From positions 893,932 to 957,931 of the forward strand of contig CP060227.1 in assembly GCA_023898525.1 (NCBI GenBank): DNA of 64,000 bases, read 5' to 3'. The DNA is from Candidatus Nomurabacteria bacterium (GTDB lineage Bacteria; Patescibacteriota; Minisyncoccia; Phycocordibacterales; UBA918). The notes beneath the pieces are model-generated. The model did not search any database. It saw nothing but the letters and a program-made list of their open reading frames with translations, and was not told the DNA's origin. The translations under genes and the position numbers were made by a program. Shown in pieces: positions 36,987-45,747 of this stretch. Within the stretch, counting starts at the first letter, position 1, and every line of letters begins with the position of its first letter.

Positions 36987-38594
36987 ATGAAAGAACTCAA
37001 ACCAAAATATGTTCTCTACGCTCGCAAGAGTACGGAAGATGATGATAAACAAGTAATGAGTATTGAAGCTCAGTTAGTTGAGTTGCATGAGTTTGCGCGT
37101 AGAGAACAACTTGAAATCCTATCGGAGTTTCAAGAGTCAAAAAGCGCAAAGACGCCCGGGCGTGAGACGTTTGGTGAGATGATGGCGTTTATTGAAAATC
37201 ATAACGAGCCACTTGGTATTCTCGCGTGGCACCCCGATCGTCTCGCTCGCAATTCGATAGACGGTGGGCGTATCGTGTATGCAGTGGACACAGGGAGTAT
37301 CGCGTCTTTGCGCTTTCCGACCTTTTGGTTTGAGCCAACGCCGCAAGGAAAGTTCATGTTGCAAGTGGCGTTCGGTCAGTCGAAATATTTTTCGGATAAC
37401 TTAGTAGAAAACGTGAAGCGTGGAATGCGCCAAAAACTTCGCCGTGGTGAATGGTTGACCAAAGCCCCGTTTGGGTATGTGAACAATCCAAAGACTCGCA
37501 ATATCGAACCGCATCCTGTGTATTCAAAGATTGTGGTGCGGGGCTTTGAAGAATATGCCAAAGGCACATACACCATAGAATCATTGGCGAAGTTTTTGGC
37601 TGACCTCGGTTTGGAAACCAAGAACCGAACACCACTTGGCAAAGCTTCCATTGTGCGGATGCTTTCTAACCGAGCGTATATCGGATTTATCAAATACAAA
37701 GATGAATGGCACGAAGGAAGCTTTGCGCCGATTATCACTCCCACACTGTTTGAAGCAGTCCAAAAGGTGCTCGAAACAAAACGGCGGCCTCGGGTACAGA
37801 AAGAACCACATAATTTTCCACTCACGCAGTTTGCCGAGTGCGGTGAGTGTGGCGGCATGATAACTGCTCAGTACACTACTAACAGGCATGGTACGAAGTA
37901 TGCGTATTATCGCTGTACTCAAAAGAAAGGATCATGCCGCCAACCGTACGTGGCCACCGCTTTGTTGGAGACACAAGTGAATGACATGCTTCAAACAGTT
38001 GCACTGCCGTCAGTGGAGATAGACAAGATTGATGGGTGGATTGTACGCTGGGAGCGTGAACAAACCGCTGATGACGGCAGTGCTGCCCGAGACCTTAAAA
38101 ATGAGATTGCGAGCGTGCAAGAGAAGCTTGATCGCTTAGTTTCTCTGTACCTTGATGGCGATATAGAGCGCGATAGTTATCTCGACCGCAAAGACAAGCT
38201 GATGCGCGAAAAAACGACGCTCGCTGAGAAATTGAATGGTCTCGGGCGTGGGAGTGATAATCGGCTCCAACCCTTGCGGCGTTTCGTTTTGTCTTTAAGA
38301 GAAGCCGTGAATTTGATAGAGAGCGGTGAGATGCACGAAAAACGTGACTTTCTGAAAAAGCTCGGCTCTAACCCTTCTCTTAAAGACAAAACACTTTCAT
38401 TGCACTGGGATGCACTTTGGGATGGCGTGGCAGAAACAAAGGCTGCTTTTGCCCAGGGCGCGGCGGCACGCCGCCGCCATATTGCCCCCATAGCCGCCGC
38501 AGGCGGCCTTGCTCCCGAGTTTGTTTCGATTGGTGACCCTACGGGGAATCGAACCCCGATTTGCAGGATGAGAACCTGCTGTCCTAGCCGTTAG
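36987..38594 (+). CDS. Large serine recombinase (resolvase domain + recombinase domain + zinc ribbon + coiled coil). The C-terminal ~55 aa are encoded by repeat B' and the tRNA-Glu 3' region and are probably not native
   Basis: N-terminal YARKSTEDDD..S (catalytic Ser region), Cys-rich CGECGG...YYRC zinc ribbon, then a coiled-coil. The tail is Ala/Gly/Arg-rich and comes from GC-rich repeat DNA. Confidence 0.8.
   Translation: MKELKPKYVLYARKSTEDDDKQVMSIEAQLVELHEFARREQLEILSEFQESKSAKTPGRETFGEMMAFIENHNEPLGILAWHPDRLARNSIDGGRIVYAVDTGSIASLRFPTFWFEPTPQGKFMLQVAFGQSKYFSDNLVENVKRGMRQKLRRGEWLTKAPFGYVNNPKTRNIEPHPVYSKIVVRGFEEYAKGTYTIESLAKFLADLGLETKNRTPLGKASIVRMLSNRAYIGFIKYKDEWHEGSFAPIITPTLFEAVQKVLETKRRPRVQKEPHNFPLTQFAECGECGGMITAQYTTNRHGTKYAYYRCTQKKGSCRQPYVATALLETQVNDMLQTVALPSVEIDKIDGWIVRWEREQTADDGSAARDLKNEIASVQEKLDRLVSLYLDGDIERDSYLDRKDKLMREKTTLAEKLNGLGRGSDNRLQPLRRFVLSLREAVNLIESGEMHEKRDFLKKLGSNPSLKDKTLSLHWDALWDGVAETKAAFAQGAAARRRHIAPIAAAGGLAPEFVSIGDPTGNRTPICRMRTCCPSR
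38424..38536. repeat. GC-rich inverted repeat, copy B' (the partner of 36842-36954)
   Basis: See copy B; it ends within the CCA end of tRNA-Glu. Confidence 0.9.
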
Positions 38595-38605
38595 ACGATA
38601 GGGCC
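38531..38605 (-). tRNA. tRNA-Glu (anticodon CTC) with an encoded CCA
   Basis: Reverse complement GGCCCTATCGTCTAACGGCTAGGACAGCAGGTTCTCATCCTGCAAATCGGGGTTCGATTCCCCGTAGGGTCACCA forms a cloverleaf with anticodon loop TTCTCAT. Confidence 0.8.
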
Positions 38606-38770
38606 ATGTTGTTTAATTTTGCTTTTTTGGTCAATATTGGTTTTGTGGTAACCGGTTCTCATTGCTGAGAACTTCTCCTATCACCTCGTAAACATCGGTG
38701 ATTTCTTCCTGACGTCAGAACCGGATAAAAAGTTAATCACTTTTTATTATCCTAGCCGTTAGACTAAAAA

Positions 38771-38960
38771 TGTCTGGGAGACATTTTTAGTTGGGTGCAA
38801 TACTTAACTTGTAGTATCTACCAGGTGCTCTACTAATAATGGTAAAGAATACATCTGGGACACAATTTGGTTGAGTGAAATACTTAACCAAAATACCACA
38901 TGTATGATTTTCAGACTTACTGTCTGGGAGATATTTTTTTGGTTGAGTGCAGCTACTGAC
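38771..38960. repeat. Three degenerate ~40-nt direct repeats at 70-80 bp spacing
   Basis: tgtctgggagacatttttagttgggtgcaatacttaac / catctgggacacaatttggttgagtgaaatacttaacc / tgtctgggagatatttttttggttgagtgcagctactgac. Confidence 0.5.
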
Positions 38961-39342
38961 AAACTATTAAGTATTTATCAGCGCATACATAGTAGCAAAA
39001 AATATGAAAAAGACCAGTAAAAATTATTTTTTTGTGCAGAATTTATTTTGACAGGTTAAGCACTGGTTTTACCTGGTTTATACATAAGTTATAGACAGAC
39101 ATATCCAGTACTTTTACACAGCTTTATACACAGAAAGCCTATAAATAAGGCTATTAGTTGGTTATTGACACCAGGAATGAGTGTGAGAAGCTAGTATTAG
39201 GTTTGTGCGGTGGTGGTGTATCTCTATACAACGCTCGATAAACGAGCAAAGCGCACAGACCAAAACTCTACGTTGTACAAAGCAAAAAGCGTCTCTCTGA
39301 GACGCTTTTTGTGTGTATTGTGAAGTTTAGCAGGGAAGGTGG

Positions 39343-40269
39343 CTATTTAGCACGTAAGTTAACATAAATATCCTCTAAAGCGCGTACAGCGTCTCCAGCG
39401 GCGATATTGTTTTGGTGGTAGAGAATAGTGGTACAGTCACCAGCGGCCCAGATGCCAGGAGTCTTGGTTTGCTGAGTCCATGGGTCGATAATAACTCGCT
39501 TGAATTCATCAAGTTCTACCAGACCGTCTAAATAATCAGTGTTTGGTATCATTCCGATCTCAACAAAAATTCCAGCCACTTCTAGGTTTTTGCTCTCACC
39601 GGAAGTTTTGTCTTTGTAAGTTAATCCAGACACAAAGTTATCACCGTTTACTTTTTCAACCTCTACATTGGTAAGTCCGGTCATGTTGGGGTGGGAAAGA
39701 ACTTTTTCGACTGTCACCGGGTCAGCCTTATAGTTTTCGCTGCGTTGTAATAGGGTAACACTTTTGGCATAGGCTAGAAGTTGAGCTGCAGTTTCAAAAG
39801 CAGCATTACCACCACCAATCACAGCTACGTCTCGGCTGGAAAATAGCGGTCCGTCACAAGAGGCGCAGTAGGTTAGACCCTTGTGTTCAAATTTATCTGC
39901 ATCGAAAGCTGGTAGTTGTCTTCGCTTTGAGCCGGAGGCGATTAGTATAGCCTTGGTCTGGTGAGTCTCACCGTTATCAAGAGTAATAGAAAAGCTTCCA
40001 TCGTCAGGCTTGGTAATTTCTGTGACCAACGAACCGGCTTTGATGTCTACGTACTCGCCGGCGTATTTAGTGAGATGTTCTTTGAAATTTTGGGCTAAAT
40101 CTGCACCGCTTATAGAAGGAGTTCCTATCCAGTTTTGAATATCTTCTGAGACAATACTTTGACCTCCCCATTCTTTGGTAATAAATAAAGTCTTTAGTTG
40201 TTTGCGTGAAGCGTAGACGCCGGCAGCGATGCCGGCTGGTCCACCACCGATAATTGTAAGTTCGAACAT
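39343..40269 (-). CDS. trxB: Thioredoxin reductase
   Basis: GGGPAG FAD site, CASC redox-active pair (CASCDG), and an NAD(P)H-binding GGGNAA. Confidence 0.85.
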   Translation of the reverse strand: MFELTIIGGGPAGIAAGVYASRKQLKTLFITKEWGGQSIVSEDIQNWIGTPSISGADLAQNFKEHLTKYAGEYVDIKAGSLVTEITKPDDGSFSITLDNGETHQTKAILIASGSKRRQLPAFDADKFEHKGLTYCASCDGPLFSSRDVAVIGGGNAAFETAAQLLAYAKSVTLLQRSENYKADPVTVEKVLSHPNMTGLTNVEVEKVNGDNFVSGLTYKDKTSGESKNLEVAGIFVEIGMIPNTDYLDGLVELDEFKRVIIDPWTQQTKTPGIWAAGDCTTILYHQNNIAAGDAVRALEDIYVNLRAK

Positions 40270-40374
40270 ATCTGAAATTATTTTTGTAATGTAAAGGTTA
40301 GTTTACTATAGATAAGATAAAAATAAAACGCGCCGCTTTAGCGGCGCGTTTATAAGTCAATAGCTACATTTAGA

Positions 40375-41637
40375 CTATTTTAGCTTTGAACGACGGAGGA
40401 AAGCTGGGACAGCTCCCCAGTCACCGTCATCGTCTTCATCAATCGGGTCAACTGGTTTTGGATCACGCTTTGGAATTTCTACATTTTTGCTAGGGGCAGA
40501 GATTGGTGTTTCGTTGATACTATCATCTTCAGTCTTGCGCGGGACTGACAATGAGTTAAATATCCTACCTTTATTAGATTCAATCGGAGCGGCGGCTGGT
40601 TCTGGTTCGACTGGTTTTTCGGTGGCTACTGGCGCAGCAACTGGGGCTCGTCTAGAGATAGTGTTTGAAGGAGAAAGCATCTCTTCCGGGAAGCCGGTAG
40701 CGATTACTGTTACCTTGAGCTCATTTTTCTTTAGTTTATCGTCTTTGATTGCTCCAAAAATAACACGAGCTTGTGGGTCTATTGATTCAGTAATTACTCT
40801 GGCCGCATCCTGAATCTCAAGCATGGCTAGATCATCACCGCCGGCAATAGCAAAGAGTACACCCTTGGCTCCATTAATTGAGACTTCTAGAAGAGGAGAG
40901 TTGATAGCGGCGCGAGCAGCTTCCTCAGATCTCTTTTCACCGCTTGAGATACCAACTCCCATCAAGGCTGAACCGGCATTTTCCATAACACTGCGAATAT
41001 CGGCAAAGTCAACGTTAATAATACCCGGCATAGTGATAAGGTCAGAGATACCTTCAACCGCCTGTTTAAGAATGTTGTCACATTGCTCAAATGCGTTCCT
41101 TACCGTAGTCTCACGATCAACAATAGCAAGAAGACGATCATTAGGAATGGTGATAAGAGCGTCGACTTCTTTTTTGAGTTCTTCGATACCTTGAAGAGCC
41201 AAACGCATACGCTCCTGGCCTTCAAAGAGGAATGGTTTGGTCACGACACCAACAGTCAGTGCGCCACTTTCACGAGCAATTTTTGCTACTACCGGGGCGG
41301 CTCCGGTACCGGTACCACCACCCATACCACCAGTAATAAAGATCATGTCAGAGCCCTTGATAGCATTGGCAATCTCTTCCCGAGTTTCTTCAGCGGCTCG
41401 GCGTCCCATGTCAGGATTACCCCCAGCACCTAGACCACGAGTCAGGTTTTTCCCAATGTGAATCTTTTTCTTTGCGAGTGAGTGGTGAAGATCTTGAGCG
41501 TCACTATTGATGGCGATAAACTCAACTCCTTTTACTTTTGATGCCACCATGTGGTTTACGGCATTTTTACCAGAACCTCCAACACCGACTACGCGGATTC
41601 GTGCAAATGATTCTACGTCTGATTTAATTTGTTCCAT
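40375..41637 (-). CDS. ftsZ: Cell division protein FtsZ
   Basis: [10 protein letters not shown] and [14 protein letters not shown] tubulin signatures, with a long P/E/A-rich C-terminal linker. Confidence 0.9.
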   Translation of the reverse strand: MEQIKSDVESFARIRVVGVGGSGKNAVNHMVASKVKGVEFIAINSDAQDLHHSLAKKKIHIGKNLTRGLGAGGNPDMGRRAAEETREEIANAIKGSDMIFITGGMGGGTGTGAAPVVAKIARESGALTVGVVTKPFLFEGQERMRLALQGIEELKKEVDALITIPNDRLLAIVDRETTVRNAFEQCDNILKQAVEGISDLITMPGIINVDFADIRSVMENAGSALMGVGISSGEKRSEEAARAAINSPLLEVSINGAKGVLFAIAGGDDLAMLEIQDAARVITESIDPQARVIFGAIKDDKLKKNELKVTVIATGFPEEMLSPSNTISRRAPVAAPVATEKPVEPEPAAAPIESNKGRIFNSLSVPRKTEDDSINETPISAPSKNVEIPKRDPKPVDPIDEDDDGDWGAVPAFLRRSKLK

Positions 41638-41782
41638 AAAATTTTTTAATACGTTACCTCATACTCGTACCCACTCTAGAGCACACGAATAATATGATGT
41701 ATGTATCATACAGTGTACAATCGCATCTGTCACGATATTGACTAAACTGATATTTATGTGATTGACAATTTAAAAAAATATT

Positions 41783-42952
41783 TTATGGGAGGAATTGATT
41801 GAGCCAAGCAAACAAACTTTTCTTGGTCTGCTTCACGATACCAACGGTGCTATTGTCTGGTGTGTCACTAGCTCCCCACATGCAAAGGCCATAGGTTACC
41901 GCCCAAGAGGCATCTTTGACTTTTGTATGTTTACCGATTTCTAAGGTGGCAGTGCGGGCTGGTAAAGACAGGCTATTTTTGGCCACATCTACAATACCAG
42001 AAGTACTTGAGCCACCTCCAGTCAGAATCACACCGGCTGGCAGAAGGCCATCTCGTTTGATTTTCTTTAAATGGTTATCAATTAGAGCAAAAATATTTTG
42101 TAGTCTAGATTGAATGATTTCGTCCAATCTTTTTTTTGAGAAAGTGGCGTTGGTTAGATTGCCTCGTTTTATTTTTTCGGCTTCTTCAATCGGAACCTTC
42201 AGACCAAGAGCAATATCGTTGGTGATGTCAGTGGAGCCAACGGGGAATATTTTTAGCGAGATTGGGGTGGAGTCTTCAAAGACAACAAGAGAAGTGGTTT
42301 CAGAGCCGATATTGACTAAGATGCACCCGGCTCGTTTTTGGGTTTTGCTTAAGAGAACAAAACTGGTTGCTAGTGGTGAGGCGATGACATCTTCAACGTA
42401 GACTCCGATACTTTCGATTGCAGAGATTAAATCGTTTACATGTTGTTCGTAGGTAGTGATAAAAAGTGTATCAACCTCTAATTTGGTGCCACGCATACCT
42501 TGGGGTCTGCCCAAGACCTCTGTTCCATCAACAGTGTAGCGGAGAGGAATGTTGTGAAGGATCTTTCGGTTTGGAATATGGTCGCTAATACGGTCTTCGC
42601 TATCTTGCATGACTTTGTCTAAGTCGGTAGAGGTTATTTCGGAGTCGGCCCGAGCCGGTATGATTTCACCACGTGAATAGACCTCTTCCAAACCAATGCT
42701 GCCGATAGCTACGTGAGCTTTTTTGACAATCACTCCTGCCATTTTTTCAGCTTGAGAGATAGCGCTTTTGATACTTCTTGAAACATCATCCGGCTGCATG
42801 ATGTAGCCGCTTTTTAGTCCACGACTTTCGGCATAACCAGTACCAATGATCTCTGGAATCGGATTACTCTTGGTGTGTTTGGGTAGGCGAGCAATAGCCA
42901 CCTTTATGTGGTAGGTCCCTACATCTATACCTGTGATAATTTGCTCAGCCAT
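41783..42952 (-). CDS. ftsA: Cell division protein FtsA
   Basis: Actin-fold N-terminus GIDVGTYHIKVAIA and FtsA-like domain order. Confidence 0.8.
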   Translation of the reverse strand: MAEQIITGIDVGTYHIKVAIARLPKHTKSNPIPEIIGTGYAESRGLKSGYIMQPDDVSRSIKSAISQAEKMAGVIVKKAHVAIGSIGLEEVYSRGEIIPARADSEITSTDLDKVMQDSEDRISDHIPNRKILHNIPLRYTVDGTEVLGRPQGMRGTKLEVDTLFITTYEQHVNDLISAIESIGVYVEDVIASPLATSFVLLSKTQKRAGCILVNIGSETTSLVVFEDSTPISLKIFPVGSTDITNDIALGLKVPIEEAEKIKRGNLTNATFSKKRLDEIIQSRLQNIFALIDNHLKKIKRDGLLPAGVILTGGGSSTSGIVDVAKNSLSLPARTATLEIGKHTKVKDASWAVTYGLCMWGASDTPDNSTVGIVKQTKKSLFAWLNQFLP

Positions 42953-42964
42953 ACAAAATAATAA

Positions 42965-43351
42965 CTACACTATATCAAACCGCTTCATGTAGCGTTTTTC
43001 AAGTTGTTCCATTTTAACCCCATGGTCATATCCTTTCAAATGTAATAGACCGTGGATAAACAAAAAAGCAATATAGCCATCTTTGGTGAGATTGTACTGC
43101 CAAGCTTCTTTATTGGCTATTTTAGGACAAATGAATATTTCGCCATTATTTTCATCTAAAGGAAAAGATAAGACATTGGGAACATAGTCTTTTTTTCGAT
43201 AATTAATATTTAGTTGTTGCGCTCGTTTCTCACCAACAAAAGTAAGAGAAAGGGTGTATTTTTTGCCAAGAATGGCTTCTTTTATATTTTGATAAGGGAA
43301 CGAGGGGTAATGCTTGATAGTTGAGGTGATTGAATAAGTGTCAGTACTCAT
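42965..43351 (-). CDS. ybeY: Endoribonuclease YbeY
   Basis: HGLLHLKGYDH zinc-binding motif. Confidence 0.85.
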   Translation of the reverse strand: MSTDTYSITSTIKHYPSFPYQNIKEAILGKKYTLSLTFVGEKRAQQLNINYRKKDYVPNVLSFPLDENNGEIFICPKIANKEAWQYNLTKDGYIAFLFIHGLLHLKGYDHGVKMEQLEKRYMKRFDIV

Positions 43352-43428
43352 AACCTATAGTATCGCATAGTAAACGGCAAACAAAAAGCCTCCTCTGGTA
43401 GAGAAAGCTTTTTGTTTGTGGGTTGGAC

Positions 43429-43674
43429 TTAGCGACGGTATGACTTTTGCTCTGGAATCTTTCCAAGCTTAAGTAGACTTTCGTAAGTTTCCTTCTTTAT
43501 CAATTTTTTCAACTTAGCCATGCGCTGCACGTTTCGACTCTTGATGCGGCTGTAATAACGGCCAGAGCGTACTTTTGGTACTATACCAGCCCCTTGTACT
43601 CGCTTGGTAAAGCGGCGAATAACATTTGCGCTGCTTTCGTTGTTATTTTTTTCAACTTGAACGTTTGTTGCCAT
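43429..43674 (-). CDS. rpsU: 30S ribosomal protein S21 (the likely start is Met-8 of the listed ORF)
   Basis: ANVIRRFTKRVQGAGIV..RSGRYY..KSR pattern typical of bS21. Confidence 0.5.
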   Translation of the reverse strand: MATNVQVEKNNNESSANVIRRFTKRVQGAGIVPKVRSGRYYSRIKSRNVQRMAKLKKLIKKETYESLLKLGKIPEQKSYRR

Positions 43675-43831
43675 ATGTGGGAAAGAGCATAACATTTAGC
43701 TGAGGAAACCGCAAGTTGTTAACTCGCACCTCAAATTTGCTCTGTTTTTCGTTAGAATTTCGGGTGAAAAACATATTTTCGTTACAAAAGCAGGGGTTCG
43801 CGAAGCGAACCCCTGCTTTTGTATATTTAAA

Positions 43832-45001
43832 CTAACTAGTAACCAGTTGACGCTTAAGTTTCCTAATCATTTGGTCGGTAGAGATATTCTCTTGATTACG
43901 ATCTTGCATGTTGCGTAGAATCACGGTTTGTTCTATAAATTCCTTTTGGCCGATTATAATTGAATATTTTACACCACGCGCCTCCGCTTCGCGTAGTTGG
44001 GTAGATAGAGAGTCGCTGGACAAATCATGTTGAACCGGTATACCGGCGCGACGTAATTCGTCAATTATCATCAAGCTGCGTACCTTGGGTCCAAATCCAA
44101 GTTGAACCACATAAACATCAGGACTGGTTTTTTTGCTCTTAGGTAGACGGGAAGGGGTCTTGGTCGGGCTTTTGAGGGTAATAATAGTACCTACTGCTGG
44201 TATACGATTTTTTAGCTTACGAAAGACAAATTCATCATAACGTCCGCCGTGTACGGATAGTTTTTGTGATTCGTTGTCTGCATTTTCGACATCTCCTATA
44301 GCAAAAAGGGCATCTGAATAATATTCGTGGTCACTAAGCATCATTGGGTCAATTTCGTAAGGAGTTTCGGTCATGTCTAGGTATTCAATGATCTCACGGA
44401 AGTGTTTGCGGCTCTGGTCACTCAGAAACTCAAGTGGTTTTGGTGATTTATAAGCCAATTCGTGATCTTCTTCAATTAGTTGAACTAGTGATTTAAAAGG
44501 GTGGACTTTCATTAGTTCGCGGGCGGTGGCCGGCATGACATCAAGGCGTTTTTTTAGGAAATTAGTTAGTTCACGGTTGTATCTAGTGATTGATTCGTTG
44601 TCGCCGAGTGAATTAATACGGACGGTTGCATCTCCATGGCCCAGTTCTTGCATTAGTGAACGGCTGGTTTGAATCAGTATTGCTTCAGCGATGCTCTTGG
44701 GTACATTAAATATGTTAAAAGAGACAGTTGTGTCTTCTGAGTTAAAGGGTTGGTCTAAAGAGTAGAGTAGGACAGGAGCATCAAGTGCGTAGAGATTTTT
44801 TTCGCAAAAAGTAGCGATAGAATTAGTTAACAAGCCGTTGCTAGCATCTGAATATCTTTCGTCATCGGATATGTTGTGGGACAATGAAGTATTGCAGTTT
44901 TTACACAAAGGATTATTTTTGAAGCTATCAGCCGTACGGAAACCAAAATGTTCAGCTGTGTTGGTGGCAACTTTTAGGAATTCTGTAGGTGAATACTTCA
45001 T
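43832..45001 (-). CDS. Histidyl-tRNA synthetase-like protein (class II aaRS paralog, HisZ-like; the catalytic motifs appear degenerate)
   Basis: GGRYDE motif and a C-terminal class II anticodon-binding domain (VYVVQLGFGPK...IIIGQKE), but no clear motif 2/3. Confidence 0.45.
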   Translation of the reverse strand: MKYSPTEFLKVATNTAEHFGFRTADSFKNNPLCKNCNTSLSHNISDDERYSDASNGLLTNSIATFCEKNLYALDAPVLLYSLDQPFNSEDTTVSFNIFNVPKSIAEAILIQTSRSLMQELGHGDATVRINSLGDNESITRYNRELTNFLKKRLDVMPATARELMKVHPFKSLVQLIEEDHELAYKSPKPLEFLSDQSRKHFREIIEYLDMTETPYEIDPMMLSDHEYYSDALFAIGDVENADNESQKLSVHGGRYDEFVFRKLKNRIPAVGTIITLKSPTKTPSRLPKSKKTSPDVYVVQLGFGPKVRSLMIIDELRRAGIPVQHDLSSDSLSTQLREAEARGVKYSIIIGQKEFIEQTVILRNMQDRNQENISTDQMIRKLKRQLVTS

Positions 45002-45010
45002 AAGAGAGTT

Positions 45011-45643
45011 TTAATGGGAATTATTAATTACATCATCATCAACTGCGCCTGGGAAAATACTAGCTGTGCTAGGTGGAAAAAGTCTGAGAAAGGCTTTACC
45101 AATAATCCTTTCTTCCTGCAGGACACCCCACATTCTTGAATCAGAGCTTTCGTCACGGTTGTCTCCCATAACAAAATACTCTCTTGGTCCCAATTCTTCT
45201 GTTAGAGAGTTTGGATCACGCATAGACTTGATATAAGGTTCATTTAGGACAAAGCCTTCAGGGTAGTCTTTGTTTTTTATGGTTACCGTTGAACCGTCAA
45301 TTACTACTGTTTCACCTGGTAACCCGATCACTCTTTTGATAAAGAATTTTGATGGGTCCCTAGGGTAACGAAAGACGATTACGTCACCGCGGTCTGGTTC
45401 GTGTAGGTAGTAGCTGACTTGGTCAATTATTAAGTATTCTCCAGTATGAAAAGTTTGTTCCATCGAGGCACCGGAAACTATGAAAGGCTGAGCAATAAAC
45501 ATTCTGATTGGGATGACGATCAGTAGGGCAATTACGGAAAATCTGACAATTTCAACAAATGGATTTTCCTTATGTACAATTTCGGTGGTTTGGTTATTAG
45601 ATTCAGGATTTTTGTTAGTTTCGTTTTGTGGTGATGGGTTCAT
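45011..45643 (-). CDS. lepB: Signal peptidase I
   Basis: SGASMEQTF (catalytic Ser box), RVIGLPGETV, GDNRDESSDSR. Confidence 0.8.
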   Translation of the reverse strand: MNPSPQNETNKNPESNNQTTEIVHKENPFVEIVRFSVIALLIVIPIRMFIAQPFIVSGASMEQTFHTGEYLIIDQVSYYLHEPDRGDVIVFRYPRDPSKFFIKRVIGLPGETVVIDGSTVTIKNKDYPEGFVLNEPYIKSMRDPNSLTEELGPREYFVMGDNRDESSDSRMWGVLQEERIIGKAFLRLFPPSTASIFPGAVDDDVINNSH

Positions 45644-45694
45644 ACGCGAAATTTTTTACTATTATACTTTAATGAAAAATTAAAAACAAATTTT

Positions 45695-45747
45695 TCATGA
45701 TTTTAAAAAGCCCCGCGCCGTAGGCGCGGGGCTTTTTAAAATCATGA
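45695..45747. terminator. Bidirectional terminator, a 53-nt perfect palindrome with a GC core
   Basis: tcatgattttaaaaagccccgcgcc-gta-ggcgcggggctttttaaaatcatga; the right arm contains the stop codon of the ABC permease gene. Confidence 0.75.

Noticed and set aside
38771-38960. CRISPR array
   Set aside because: There are only three units, the repeats are degenerate rather than identical, spacer lengths are unequal, and no cas genes are in the window.
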